From assembly GCA_038087875.1 (NCBI GenBank), contig CM075991.1, forward strand, positions 10,666,001-10,730,000: a stretch of DNA of 64,000 bases. The letters run 5' to 3'. This document shows, in pieces, positions 48,201 to 59,361 of the stretch (within the stretch, counting starts at the first letter, position 1; each line of letters opens with the position of its first letter). The position numbers were made by a program, and so were the translations under genes. Below the pieces are notes generated by a model, which saw only the letters and a list, made by a program, of their open reading frames with translations, was not told where the DNA came from and made no database searches. This DNA comes from Malacoraja senta (lineage: Eukaryota).

Positions 48201-49299
48201 CCTTCTCCCCATATCCCCTGACTTGGCTATTTTTAAGAGCCCTATCTAGCTCTCTCTTGAAAGCATCCAGAGAACCGGCCTCCTCCGCCCTCTGAAGTAG
48301 AGAATTCCACAGACTCACCACTCTCTGTGAGAAGTGTTTCCTCGTCTCTGTTCTAAATGGCTTACTCCTTATTCTTAAACTGTGCCCCCTGGTTCTGGGC
48401 TCCCCTAACACTGGGAACATGTTTCCTGCCTCTAGCGTGTCCAAGCCCTCAACAATCTGGAGACATGATGGCAGGAACATTACAGCAAGCACAACGATTC
48501 ACTCTGGAATGATAATGTGTTTCCCCCCCTCTGGGTGGTCACTACTAATTGCTGCCTGCCTGCCTGGATTACTCGGCCTTATTTAATGGCCAGTGTAACA
48601 TAGTCAGTGGGCCATCTAATGGTCTTGCTAACCTGGGGAAGTCTTACCTCTGCATCAGTAGGATAGCATGCTGCAATGGATAGCTCTCTGCAGCTATCCT
48701 GATACAAACTCTCGACCATTATTTGAATGTCCTAGATCAAGGGTTCCAAACCCAGGGGTTGAATTTCCACTTTCACTTTAAATTTTCATTTTCACTTTCG
48801 AGGAACCTTTCACTTCCTTATCTCTGTATCTCCCTCTCCGCTGACAGCAGTCTGAAGATGGGCCTCGACCCGAAACGTCACCCATCTTCCTTCTCTCTGG
48901 AGATGCTGCCTGTCCCGCTGAGTTACTGCAGCATTTTGGGCCTGATCAGTTCGAATGGGGGGGGCTGAGTTTGGGAGTGGGTGACGTTTCGGGTCGACAC
49001 CCTTGCAGTCTGAAGTCGCCCATTCCTCCTCTCCAGAGATGCTGCCTGTCCTGCTGGGTTACTCCAGCATTTTGGGTCTATCTTGGTGCATGGATTGAGG
49101 TAAGGCAGGAAGCTACCCCACCCCTTCCCCCATCCCCCCACTCTAACCTCCGGACCTTTTGTTGCTTTATCCAGGGGTGAAGAAGAAAGCCAGTTTCATA
49201 ACACCGGTGCCAGGCGGGGTTGGCCCCATGACGGTGGCCATGCTGATGAAGAACACCATCATCGCAGCCAAGAAGCTTCTGAAACAACGGGACAACTGA
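27148..49299 (+). CDS. MTHFD2: mitochondrial bifunctional methylenetetrahydrofolate dehydrogenase/cyclohydrolase, 8 exons, ~335 aa; 1-nt deletion in exon 5 as given
   Basis: Join 27148-27242, 34455-34639, 40011-40133, 45712-45864, 46123-46229, 46816-46908, 47899-48024, 49175-49299. Motifs [41 protein letters not shown] and [19 protein letters not shown]. Residues match MTHFD2 better than MTHFD2L. Confidence 0.93.
27340..27790. repeat. ~450-bp low-complexity polypyrimidine tract
   Basis: Almost exclusively C/T on the + strand. Confidence 0.9.
27821..27829 (+). promoter_or_regulatory. candidate ATF4/CEBP (CARE) element TGATGAAAT in MTHFD2 intron 1
   Basis: Matches TGATGxAAx; a second match, TGATGTAAT, is at 28135-28143. 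Confidence 0.4.
28832..29598. mobile_element. palindromic Penelope-like element terminus with 15-bp TSD, inserted in a CR1 tail
   Basis: Inverted arms 28831-29158 and 29244-29559 both encode the GIY-YIG C-terminus [27 protein letters not shown] tactgattctggatg at 28817-28831 and 29599-29613. Hammerhead core at 29467-29494. Confidence 0.88.
29760..30140 (+). mobile_element. Rex1/Babar-type LINE 3' fragment
   Basis: [30 protein letters not shown] followed by a 3' UTR tail. Confidence 0.65.
31040..31315 (-). mobile_element. HE1-type (V-SINE) tRNA-derived SINE
   Basis: A/B boxes (ggttcgatcc), V-core gtttgtacg...tttcctcccac, CR1-like tail. Confidence 0.75.
32319..32441 (-). mobile_element. fold-back Penelope-derived short element with 16-bp TSD
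   Basis: TSD acgtacaatacaatag at 32303-32318 and 32442-32457. Confidence 0.85.
32673..33076. mobile_element. PIF/Harbinger-type MITE (outer), TAA TSD
   Basis: TIRs tgggcctgtcccactta / taagtgggacaggccca flanked by TAA at 32670-32672 and 33077-33079. Confidence 0.8.
32809..33028. mobile_element. PIF/Harbinger-type MITE nested in the previous one, TTA TSD
   Basis: agggcctgtcccacttg ... caagcgcgacagtccct flanked by TTA on both sides. Same family as 44765-45004 and 62737-62966. Confidence 0.78.
33222..33524 (-). mobile_element. HE1-type V-SINE
   Basis: tRNA head (ggtggcgcagcggtagagttgctgcc), V-core and tail. Confidence 0.8.
34455..34639 (+). CDS. MTHFD2: MTHFD2 exon 2
   Basis: 185 nt, ttccag/gtatgt boundaries; [10 protein letters not shown]...NKTKAAADV. 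Confidence 0.95.
35390..35715 (+). mobile_element. HE1-type V-SINE
   Basis: tRNA head, V-core, tail ...ctgtatctctaaa. Confidence 0.8.
35860..36250. mobile_element. PIF/Harbinger-type MITE with ~60-bp TIRs, TTA TSD
   Basis: agcccctgtcccacttaggagacctaaacagcaacctctgg...cgccacccaa is mirrored at about 36189-36250; TTA on both sides. Confidence 0.8.
36525..36945 (-). mobile_element. CR1-type LINE 3' fragment
   Basis: Minus-strand ORF2 C-terminus and tail, similar to 53320-53795. Confidence 0.7.
37903..38400. mobile_element. non-autonomous hAT-like DNA transposon
   Basis: 14-bp TIRs tagggtcgccaact / agttggcaacccta (1 mismatch) and subterminal (a/c)gggac repeats. Confidence 0.75.
40011..40133 (+). 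CDS. MTHFD2: MTHFD2 exon 3
   Basis: 123 nt, aacag/gtaagg boundaries; [10 protein letters not shown]...[11 protein letters not shown]. Confidence 0.95.
40240..40650 (-). mobile_element. RTE-derived SINE / non-autonomous element
   Basis: The minus-strand head ggattgtcaccttgtcgtggtggag...gggccacccatggc resembles RTE (BovB/Expander-type) 5' UTRs as recalled. It ends in aagaagaa and has no ORF. Confidence 0.6.
41450..41750 (+). mobile_element. HE1-type V-SINE
   Basis: B box ggttcgatccc, V-core and tail. Confidence 0.75.
42092..42345 (+). mobile_element. Rex1-type LINE 3' fragment
   Basis: RKAGSVLG...[42 protein letters not shown]. Confidence 0.7.
43064..43456 (-). mobile_element. HE1-type V-SINE with a short internal insertion
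   Basis: tRNA head near 43450 and tail near 43065; about 90 bp of foreign tail at 43260-43350. Confidence 0.7.
43930..44400 (-). mobile_element. CR1-type LINE 3' fragment inserted in a V-SINE (about 43795-44520)
   Basis: ORF 44128-44397: [29 protein letters not shown]. Confidence 0.8.
44765..45004. mobile_element. PIF/Harbinger-type MITE
   Basis: TIRs agggcctgtcccact / agtgtgacaggccct. Confidence 0.75.
45712..45864 (+). CDS. MTHFD2: MTHFD2 exon 4 (GC donor)
   Basis: 153 nt; [14 protein letters not shown]...[10 protein letters not shown]; donor CAG|GCAAGT. Confidence 0.92.
46123..46229 (+). CDS. MTHFD2: MTHFD2 exon 5 (107 nt; apparent 1-nt deletion near 46137-46140)
   Basis: GIATLG reads in one frame and [30 protein letters not shown] in another; ttcag/gtgagt boundaries. 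Confidence 0.88.
46816..46908 (+). CDS. MTHFD2: MTHFD2 exon 6
   Basis: 93 nt; [17 protein letters not shown]...ADIIVAAA. Confidence 0.95.
47486..47814. mobile_element. PIF/Harbinger-type MITE, family with agccctgtcccacgg termini
   Basis: ~45-bp TIRs; near-identical copies in the opposite orientation at 59709-60038 and 61268-61597. Confidence 0.78.
47899..48024 (+). CDS. MTHFD2: MTHFD2 exon 7
   Basis: 126 nt; [25 protein letters not shown]...VGDVDFE. Confidence 0.96.
48098..48455 (-). mobile_element. young CR1-type LINE 3' fragment
   Basis: ORF 48184-48492; near-identical to 57687-58060. Confidence 0.8.
49175..49299 (+). CDS. MTHFD2: MTHFD2 exon 8 (to TGA)
   Basis: [41 protein letters not shown]. 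Confidence 0.95.
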
Positions 49300-50663
49300 G
49301 CGCCTGCTTGCCCTGTGCCAGCGCGGTGGAATCGGGGCCCGCGGCCCCTGCTGAACATTCCGATGTACTTGTTTGCACCTCCCCGTACCAAAGGCTGATA
49401 GTTGAGCAGTTGTTGCTTGCACTGTCCTTGAGGGAATTGTGTTTTCCTGTTTACAGTGATTGTAACTTATTTGGGAGGACCTCGGTCGAGAGGTTAAGGA
49501 ATGTGCAATTTTTTAAAGTTTGTTACAAATAGGCTTCCGACGCCCACGCTATTCTCGGCTAATTGCTCGAGATGTTCCAACAAGATGGGGGGTGGGGGTG
49601 GGGGTGGGGGGGGGGGGGGGTGGTGGAAATAGCTTGTTTTATCACCAGTTTCTTTTGAAGTTATAATGAGGAGACCAAAGTGGAGAGAAGGCCCATTATG
49701 CTTTATGGGCTTTGGTGTCGGGAATCCAATGCAATCCTCAATGTGCATCTCTTTAGGAATGCTGTTAAGTATATATTGGCGCAAAATATTGGGATCTTGC
49801 ATTGGAATGGTAAATTATCTTTAGCACTTGGCAGTAACCTGGTTTGGGGCCAGTGGAGGTGAAATGAAGTGAGTGTTTGGAGTTGTGATCTTATGGTCAA
49901 TGCAGGCCACATGTCTTAACAGCCCATATTAAAAGCCACCCTTGAGATTGGAGATTAGATATATTAACACTGCAGCTTGTTGGCACACGCTGCAATGGGA
50001 GCTTCTAGCGTTGGCCGAAGACCTAACTCTTCTCCTCCTCCTGTTTAAGAAAGAACTGCAGATGCTGGTAAAGTCGAAGGTAGACAAAAATGCTGGAGAA
50101 ACTCAGCGTGTGAGGCAGCATCGGTGGAGCGAAGGAAATAGGTGACCTTTCGGGTCGAGGCCCTTCTTCAGACTCCAGCTGCTCAAAACCGTGCAGGCTG
50201 AGGAAAGCGCCTCGAGAGTTTTAAGCAAAAGCCACCCCTCTGTCCCAGAAAGGCCTCGCAGCGAAGGCTGTCGGTGCAGTGAGCTGCAGTCGTCCTCGTG
50301 TTTCTTGTTGTCAACTGACGACGTTGTGGCGCTTTTGACTTCCGTTGAAAGATAAAGGTGGACCTAGTGGTCGGACGGGGCAGGGTTCACTTGCCATAGC
50401 CGTCGATCGATTGTCACCACCATTACCGTTGATCGATAGTCAACATCATTATTGCCAACGCCATTAGCGTTGATCAATAGTTGCAAAGGGCGCCGAGCCT
50501 CCAGGTTTAGCGGCCGATTTGCGGGATCGTTATCGTGTTGACTTGGTGACTAGGCCCGAACACTCCAGTAAAAAACTGAATCTCATCACTTTTGTCACAT
50601 GTCCAAATATTGGCAAAGCATAATGTTTGACACGCGTTGTCACGGGAACGCAGCGAGCTGTGA

Positions 50664-50669
50664 AATAAA
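50664..50669 (+). terminator. candidate MTHFD2 polyadenylation signal
   Basis: AATAAA about 1.36 kb after the stop, just before repeat-dense DNA resumes. Confidence 0.5.
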
Positions 50670-51359
50670 GCTGTTAACTGTTCTAAAGTAAATCACCCGA
50701 GTCTAGTCAGTCGCAGAGTGGTGAGTGCCTGGAACACGTTGCTAGGTGTGGTGGTGGAGGCAGATACGATAGTGGTGTTTAAGTGGCTTTTCATAAGTTA
50801 TAGGAGCAGAATTAGGCCAGTTGGCCCATCTAGTTACTCCGCCATTCAATCATGGCTGGCCTATCTTTCCCTCAACCCCATTCTCCTGCCTTCTCCCCAT
50901 CACCCCTGACACCCTTACTAATCAAGAATCTGTCGATCTCCGCCTCGTAAATATCCATTGACTTGGCCTCCACAGCCGTCTGTGGTAAAGAATACCACTG
51001 ATTCACCGCCCTCGGACTAAAGAAATTCCTCCTCGTCTCCCTTCTAAAGGTATGTCCTTTAATTCTGATGTACATGGATAGGAAAGGTTTAGAGGACATG
51101 GGCCAAATGCAGGCAGGTGGGACTGGTGTAGATGGGTCATGTTTGTCGGCATGGGTAAGTTGGGCCGAAATGCCTGTTTCACCTGTTTGACTCCAAACCC
51201 CTGGATGAACTTAACGGAGCAAGCAGCTGGAGGAGAGGAATTGTTGACGCTTTGGTTTGAAACCTTGGATCAGGATTGATTGAGAGTGGAAAGGAAAGTG
51301 GAGAGGGGGGGTGTTGGGAAAGGGGGCTGTATATGCAGCATAGTGGCGTTGCAAATAAG

Positions 51360-51536
51360 ACTTAAGAAGGAACTGCAGATGCTGGGAAATCGAAGGTAGA
51401 CAAAAATGCTGGAGAAACTCAGCGGGATCTATGGAGCGAAGGAAATAGGCAACATTTCGGGTCGAAACATTGCCTATTTCCTTCGCTCCATAGATGCTGC
51501 TGCACCCGCTGAGTTTCTCCAGCATTTTTGTCTACC
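51360..51536 (-). mobile_element. fold-back Penelope-derived short element with 11-bp TSD
   Basis: TSD ttgcaaataag at 51349-51359 and 51537-51547. Confidence 0.8.
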
Positions 51537-52259
51537 TTGCAAATAAGGCTGCTGCCTCGTAGTGCCAGAGGCCTGAGTTCAATCCTGACCTTGGGTGCTG
51601 CCTGTGTGGAGTCTGCATGCTCACCTGACTACGAGTGCTGTCTATACAGAGTTTGTACGTTCTCCCTGTGACCGCCTGGGTTTCCTCCGGGTGTTCCGGT
51701 TTCCCCCCCACACTCCAAAGGTTTATTGCCTTCGGTTAAAGTCGTTAAAATTGTCCCTGGCGCGTGTGTGTGTAGGTTAGTGCGTGTGGGGATCGCTGGT
51801 CGGCACGGACTCGATGGGTCGAAGGGCCTGTTTCTGCGCGGTATCTCCAAAGTCTAAAGGGTGATATCCTAGGAATGCAGGACAACTTAAATCACACTCT
51901 CAAAACCACTCCTGTTGTCAGGGAGTGCTAATGGGAATGTAATTTGAATCATGTTGATTAAGGGAGGTCAGGAAGCAGAGACAGCCACACACATTTAATC
52001 ACATGCAATTTCTTATTGTCATAGCACCCAACGGGACAAAACCCTGCCTAGGCGAGAAGCATATTGATCCAGACAGGCAAACTGAGCCTCTCTGTAATTG
52101 ATAACCTGCCAGCAACACAATAGGTACTGGCAATAGGTGTTGAAGACAATAGGTACCGATGTCTTCAACATGTCGGGTTTTTTTATGCTGTGATCCTAGG
52201 ATACACTTATTGGAAGACACAAAGTGCTGGAGTAACTCAGCAGGTCAGGCAGCATTACA

Positions 52260-52555
52260 GGGTGGCGCAGCGGTAGAGTTGCTGCCTTTTGGCGCCATAG
52301 ACCTGGGTTTGATCCTGACTACAAGTGCTGGCTGTACCTTCTCCCCGTGACCACTTGGGTATTCTATGGGATCTTGAGTTCCCTCCCACATTCCAAAGAC
52401 GTACAGGTTTGTAGGCTAATTGGCTTCAGTATAATTGTAAATTGTCCCTGGTGTGTGTGTGTTTGTGTAGGATAGTGTTAGTGTGTGGGGATCGCTGATT
52501 GAAGTTGGCTCGGTGGGCCGAAGGGCCTGTTTACACGCTGCATTTCTAAACTAAA
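52260..52555 (+). mobile_element. HE1-type V-SINE
   Basis: tRNA head ggtggcgcagcggtagagttgctgcc, V-core and tail. Confidence 0.75.
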
Positions 52556-52568
52556 TCTCTGGAGAAAA

Positions 52569-52918
52569 GATGTTTAAGAAGGAACTGCTGATGCTGGAAA
52601 ATCGAAGGTAGACAAAAGTGCTGGAGAAACTCAGCGGGTGCAGCAGCATCTATGGAGCGAAGGAAATATATTCCGCTTGGGCAGTCTGCACCCTAGCGGC
52701 ATAAACAATGACTTCTCCAATTTCCGGTAGCCCTTGCTGTCTCCTCTCCTTCTCAGCTCTCTCTCGGCCCTCGGGCTCCTCCGCTTCCTTTCTCCTTTCT
52801 TCTCCCCGCCCCAACCCTACATCAGTCTGAAGAAGGGTTTTGGCCCAAAACGTTGCCGATTTACTTTGCTCCATAGATGCTGCTGCACCCGCTGAGTTTC
52901 TCCGGCACTTGTGTCTAC
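52569..52918. mobile_element. fold-back Penelope terminus
   Basis: Inverted arms; GIY-YIG end atattccgcttgggcagtctgcac; flanking repeats ctctgga(g/c)aaaa at 52557 and 52919. Confidence 0.72.
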
Positions 52919-53319
52919 CTCTGGACAAAAAGGTGTAGGTGACCCTTCATCAGACTGAGAGTCGGGGAGGGTGATCTCAACCCCACTCTTGTGTTTTTAC
53001 CATCCGCTCTGACCCCTTTTCCTCACACAGAACTCACTCCTGTTCTCAACAAGGGCCTCGCCTTTAAAGTTATTTAGCCTTTGAAGGAGTTCCAGCAAAA
53101 GCAGAATAGAGACCTCTGCCTGGCAACCGTTGACCAATGGCGCAGCACGCTGTCTCGGGAAGTCTTGGAGTGGTTCCAGGCTGATGAAACTTATGAAAGG
53201 TTGCCAGCGTTGTGGCGTTAACAACCAACCTGTGATCCTCAGATCTCCTGACCACCAGCTGGGCGCCAGACCCCCTTCTAAACCACATGTCAATGATGTC
53301 TGATGAGAAAATATTGGTC

Positions 53320-53795
53320 ATAGTCGTACAGCGTGGAAACAGGCCCTTCGACTCAACTTGCCCACACCGGCCATCATGTCCCAGCCACACTAGTCCTACC
53401 AGCCTGCGTTTGGTCCATATATCCCTCTAAACCTGTCGTACCCATGTACCTGTCCAACTGTTTGTTAAACATTGCAATGGTCCCAGCCTCAACTGCCTCT
53501 TCTAGCAGCTCGTTCCAAACACCCACCATCCTTTGCGTGAAAAAGTTACCCCTCGGATTCCTATTAAATCTTTTCCTCTTCACCTTAACCTGTCCTCAGG
53601 TCCTCGATTCACCTACTCTGGGCAAGGGTCTACCCGATGTATTCCCCTCATAATCTTATACACCTCTATAAGATCACCCCTAATCCTTCTGCGCTCCAAG
53701 GAATAGAGTCCCAGCCTACTCAACCTCTCCCTAGAGCTCAGACCATCAAATCCTGGCAACATCCTCGTAAATCTTCCCTCTACCCTTTCCAGCTT
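53320..53795 (-). mobile_element. CR1-type LINE 3' fragment
   Basis: KLERVEGRFTRMLPG...[15 protein letters not shown] and [15 protein letters not shown]. Confidence 0.78.
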
Positions 53796-56700
53796 GACGA
53801 TGCATTGGTCTAAGTACCTCTTAAAGTGGTACCTTGCACCCCCCCCCCCCCCTCCTCGGAGATCCCATTCTATCTCTTCAACTTCTCGTGTGGCATTGAA
53901 GATGTGGTCTACACTCCCCATTCCATCTTCCCAACCCCATTGAAGAATATCCCCATGGATCGGAAAGGTTCGAGGGATAAGGGCGGAGTCCAAGCATTTG
54001 GGATGAGCTTGGATAGGGCATCTTGGTCGGCGAGGGCTTTTTCTCCATGCTGTCTGAATTTATGACTCAATCTGCCCCACTTTCCCCAATTACATCTCCT
54101 CAACCCTTCAAATCCCCAGCATGGACAACAGACCTTCGTGGTCAGATCACGATCCCTACACTACAACAATTGCAACTTGAAAACGCCGCCAAACTGGTCA
54201 CTCTGTACACTGTGTTGAGGTGCTGCTGCTATACACTTGTACTGTCTCGTGTTATCCAAGTGCTTATGTACAGAAACTTGTACTGAACTGTATACAAAAA
54301 TGATTTTCACTGTACTGACGCATGTGAGAAATAAAGTATAACACAAGATGTCCCACCCCCACCATTGCATCTCCTCACCCCTTGGAAGTTGTGTTCGATC
54401 CTCCCCATTTCATCTCCACACCCCCTCAGTGTATCACACACTTCCCATTACATCTGATCAACCCTATTCAAGATTTGCCCCCATCTCCTCGCCCCATTGC
54501 AGAACATATTCCACGCTCCCCATTCCATCTCCCCGACCGTACTGAAGAAAATGTGTCGCACCTTCCCCATTCTATATCCTCATTCCCACTTAAGCAGATG
54601 TCCCGCACTCTCCGCCCCATTGAAGGTGTGGCCCACCCTTCTCCGCACATCTCCTTGAGCCCATGGAGAGGTGTGCATTTGTCTTTTGCCGTTCCCAGTT
54701 TGCAGAAGCACATTGTCTTTCTGTACATTTTCCTTTGGCTGACTGGCACCTGTCCCACTGTTGAACGAACACGCCAGTGGCTTTTCACTATGTAACGCAG
54801 TGAACTCCTGGCAAGACGTTTTCAGCAGTTTGTTCTGTTCCGCAGCAGATTGAGATTGTTTAATTGCAAGGCCAAACATTTAATCCCTCCCATGCCAAAA
54901 ATAACTTCGTGACTGGCAACATTTTTCTTGTTCACTTGAGTTTGTGTTCTTCAGATGAAATGAGTGGTGATTTTATTGAAAGATAGAAGATCGTAAGGAG
55001 TCATGGCTGGGTAGATGTTTCCACTTGTGGGAGAGTCTTGAACGAGGAGTCATCATTTCACGATAAGGGTCTGGTCGTTTACAACTGGGCTTCCCAGAAA
55101 TTTCTTCTCCTAAAGTATTGTGAATCTCTGGAATTCTCTACCCTGGGAGGTTGGATCATCAGAAGTATTTAAATGGGGTGGCACGGTGGTGCAGCGGTAG
55201 AGTTGATGCCTTACAGCACCAGAGACCCGGGTTTGATCCTGGCTATGGGTGCTGTCTGTAAAGAGTTCGTACATTCTCCCTGTGACCGCGTGGGTTTCCT
55301 CCGGGTGCTCCGGTTTCCTCGCACGCTCCTAAGACGTGCAGGTTTGTTGGTTAATCGCCAAAGAGGATGTTTCCACTAGTGGGAGAGTCTAGGACTAGAG
55401 GTCTTAGCCTCAGAAATAAAGGACGTTCTTTTAGGAAGGAGATGAGGAGAATTTCTTTAGTGAGAGGGTGGTGAATCTGTGGAATGCATTGCCACAGAAG
55501 GCTGTGGAAGCCAAGTCAGTGAGTATTTATAAGGTATGTAAGAAAGAACTGCAGATGCTGGTTAAAATCAAAGGTTGACACAAAATGCTGGATTAACTCA
55601 GCGGGTGAGGCAGCATCTCTGGAGAGAAGGAACCCGCTGAGTTACTCCAGCATTTTGTGTCTGTCTACCTTCGAGTACTGATAAGGTGCAGATTGACAGA
55701 TTCTTGATTAGTACTGGTGTCGGGGGTCGTGGGGAGAAGGCAGGAGAATGGGGTTGAGAGGGGAAGGTAGATCAGCCATGATTGGATGGCAGAGTAGATT
55801 GATGGGCCAAATGGCGTAATTCTGCTCCTAGAGCGTATTAACTTATTTTACCATAGCGATGGGATTTGAACTCGTATCTCCCAGACCATTATTCAAGGAT
55901 CCGCATTTTTTAGGGCCAGTATCACAACCACCGGACTACAGTACACGTGCTTGAAGGGCAAAATTATTTTTACATTCAGAACAACAATATTACAGAGACA
56001 TTTAGTTACTAACAAATAATGATCCTTACATCTATCTATTACCTCATCACACAGAGGTTGTGCGTACAATGTATTAATTTTGACTCTCGTCCAAGTATAA
56101 AGGCATGACATTGGCAATGTTGCACGAGTAATAGTGGTTTGATTGGCCAACTCCCATGTTATCTGGCCACAACACGCTGCAGTCGTTCGACTGCTCCCCG
56201 TGTGGGTTTGTTGGGTTCTCTGAGATTAAACTCTGAGTGGTGGGTATCACTGATAACCTCCATTCCTTCCCTCAGGATCAGTACCTGTGGGGGCCCAGAT
56301 TACAAGTTTGTACTGTGTCACGGAGAATGACACAGTAATCATTGCAAGCCCAGGAATGAGATCTAAAATAACGAGCAGTAAATGACTCTTGATTTGTACG
56401 GGCGACAAAGGTTACGGGGAGAAGGCAGGAGAATGGGGTTGAGGGGGAAAGATAGATCAGCCATGATTGAATGGCGGAGTAGACTCGATGGGCTGAATGG
56501 CCTCAACTGTGCTCCTATCACTTATGGAAATCCAAAAACCTCTAGATGTCAAAAACCTGAAATAAACAAAGGGACATCGACCTGAGATAGTCACTGCTCC
56601 TCTTTCCACAGATGCGGTCTGACCTAGTACGCTTTTCCACCATTTTTTGTTTTGATTTCAGATTTCCAGCATCTGCAAGTTTAAAAAAATATATATTTTC

Positions 56701-56946
56701 TTAAGGACAACCATCATATGTCATCAGTAGTAAGGATGCTATTGGAGCCAAAATTGTTCAACTCAGTGTAATGTTCCAACTGGGCAGAGGGTGGGAGGTT
56801 TTCCACTCCACTGGTTAGGTCGGGAGAGAGTTCACCACTGATACCTGTATTCCCACTCCAAAATGATGTATGTATGTAGAGTTTGGAAACTCAAATATAT
56901 CAGCAGTAGCTTTCAGAGATCGGCACTGGCCAAGTTCACATAACTT

Positions 56947-57080
56947 GTTTAAGAAGGAACTGCAGATGCTGGAAAATCGAAGGTAGACAAAAGTGCTGGA
57001 GAAACTCAGCGGGGGAGGCAGCGTCTATGGAGCGAAGGAAATAGGCAACGTTTCGGGCCGAAACCCTTCTTCAGACTGAT
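56947..57080 (-). mobile_element. Penelope-derived short element with an intact hammerhead core on - (57047-57074)
   Basis: The reverse complement reads CTGAAGAAGGGTTTCGGCCCGAAACGTT. Confidence 0.75.
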
Positions 57081-57686
57081 TATCTATGGAGCGAAGGAAA
57101 TAGACAAAGAGATTTTTTCTTTTCTCTCTAAACTGAATTAAAAGCCGAACAATCAGGTCTGTTCATAAGTAAAACACGGAGTGCTGGAAGAACCCAGCAG
57201 GTCAGGTAGCATCTGCAGAGGGAATGGGCGTGTGTCGTTTTGGGTTGGGACCCTTCTTCAGGTTGATGGAGTTGGGGGAGAGAAAGATGGAAAGGAATGG
57301 TGATGAAGGAGCAGAGTGGATTCGGGCTATGGTTATTGTGGTGCAGCGTTCAAGAGCTGGATGGCTGCTGGAAAGAAGCTGTTCTTGAAGGAAGGAGATA
57401 GTATTCAACAGCCAAAAAAAGAAAAAAAAAGAAAAAAAACTTCCTTCCCTCTGCAGGGATGCTGATAACTTTTTTCGTTATATTTTGCTCTTCCTGGTGC
57501 TTTGAAGCTATCGGTTTTCTGCATCTGACCTCTCTCATAGAGTTAAACACAAACATGACACTAACCACCAACTCAACCCACTTTGGGCCGATCTCCGTCA
57601 CTCTTTTTCAGCGATGTAATGAACTGCAAATGCAGGAATCTTGTGCTGAACACAAAATACTAGAGGCGCACAGCAGGTATCAAACG

Positions 57687-58060
57687 TAGACAATAGGTGC
57701 AGGAGTAGGCCATTCGGCCCTTCGAGCCAGCACCGCCATTCAATGTGATCATGGCTGATCATCCCCAATCAGTACCCCGTTCCTGCCTTCTCCCCATATC
57801 CCCTGACTCCGCTATTATTAAGAGCCCTATCTAGCTCTCTCTTGAAAGCATCCAGAGAACCTGCCTCCACCGCCCTCTGAGGCAGAGAATTCCACAGACT
57901 CACCACTCTCTGTGAGAAAAAGTGTTTCCTCGCCTCCGTTCTAAATGGCTTACCCCTTATTCTTAAACTGTGGCCCCTGGTTCTGGACTCCCTCAACATC
58001 GGGAACATGTTTCCTGCCTCCAGCGTGTACAAGCCCTTAACGATCTTATATGTTTCATTG
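57687..58060 (-). mobile_element. young CR1-type LINE 3' fragment
   Basis: ETYKIVKGL...[11 protein letters not shown]...LWNSLPQRAVEA plus tail. Confidence 0.8.
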
Positions 58061-59361
58061 AGAGTCAACAGCAGCAACAATGACCTTATGTTAGAGTGCA
58101 CCAAATTGGCATCTATGCCAAACCTGTAATGTCTTAATAAAAACAACGTTAGTACGATACGTTTGGACTCTCTACCCTCTCTTTTCAAAACATCCAGTGA
58201 ATTGGCCTCCACCGCCTTCTGTGGCAGAGAATTCCACAGATTCACAACTCTCTGGCTGAAAAAAGTCAAGGACCACGACAGCTGATGTTTTTGGGTCGGG
58301 ACCCTTCTTCAATCCTGCTCCGTCAGTCTGAAGGAAGGTCACAACAAGCGAAACATCGGCTGTCCATTCCCTCCCCAGTGGCTGCCTGACCTGCTCCAAT
58401 TCCTCCGGCTGTTTGCGTTCGGCTCAAGATTCCAGCATCTGCACTTCTTGGTGGCTCCAGGTCTATCCATGGGAACGTTACCATGCAATTCCTCACCAAG
58501 CACGAAGTTAAATTGGGGAAGGCCACTGCGTTAATTTGCCATGCCTGGTACTTTCTACGGGTAATTGTAATCTCAAACACAACAATTACAAAATAAATTA
58601 AAAAAAAGAGTAAAGAAAAACATGGTTGATTTTTGTAGAGCATTCTTGATCTGTCAAGAATTTTCATCAAGTATTTCCACATTTGTGGCGCTTAAATAGG
58701 AATAACGTGAATCAAATGATACATCTAGGAATCTTTAAACTGCCACATTAAAATCAACTGGATGGTTAATAGCTACCTGACAGACCATCTAAGTTCTGCC
58801 TACTTTGCGCAAAGTGCAATATGATTAAAAATATATTTTTTTGTTGTAAAAGCAGAAAGTTGCTCTCACCATCAAAGCAACCCTGCAGACATGCATAGAG
58901 TAGAGAAGAGAAGACCTGCTTTTAATGGTATGGGTCTTAAAGGAAAGCTAGGCAAAACCGGGGCAAAAGATGCATGTACATCAGGGTCAACCTCTTCAAA
59001 ACATCCAAGTTAAAGGTCAAAAGAGAACTTACAATTGCTTAAAGCAACTTCCTAATGCCTGGGATCTCTTGCAATGTCTTGTCTTCTCATCTCAGCGGCA
59101 CTACCTGTTGTTTCCTAATCTTTAATAATAACGTCTTTGTCCGTTAAAACAAATTTTACACAGCACAGTTAAAGCGGGACACAGAAAGCGTAGAAGTCTT
59201 TGCTGGCAAGACATACTCAGGTGTGGGCAAAGAGCAGTTCTCGGGTGGGATGGACGCACACAAACACTGTCGGCTCGTCAACACTCCGCGAGGTCCGGGA
59301 GCTACCAAAGTCTCGCTGGTGGGACCTGTCGCAATGCTGAAGGGGGGGGCTGCCGAACAGG

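Noticed and set aside
34455..49299. Assignment as MTHFD2L or as a processed pseudogene
   Set aside because: Residues ([29 protein letters not shown]) and synteny fit MTHFD2. Introns are intact and only one lesion is present.
52997..53310. Non-repeat, exon-like stretch with ORFs on both strands
   Set aside because: No recognisable protein in any frame I read and no partner exons; left unresolved.
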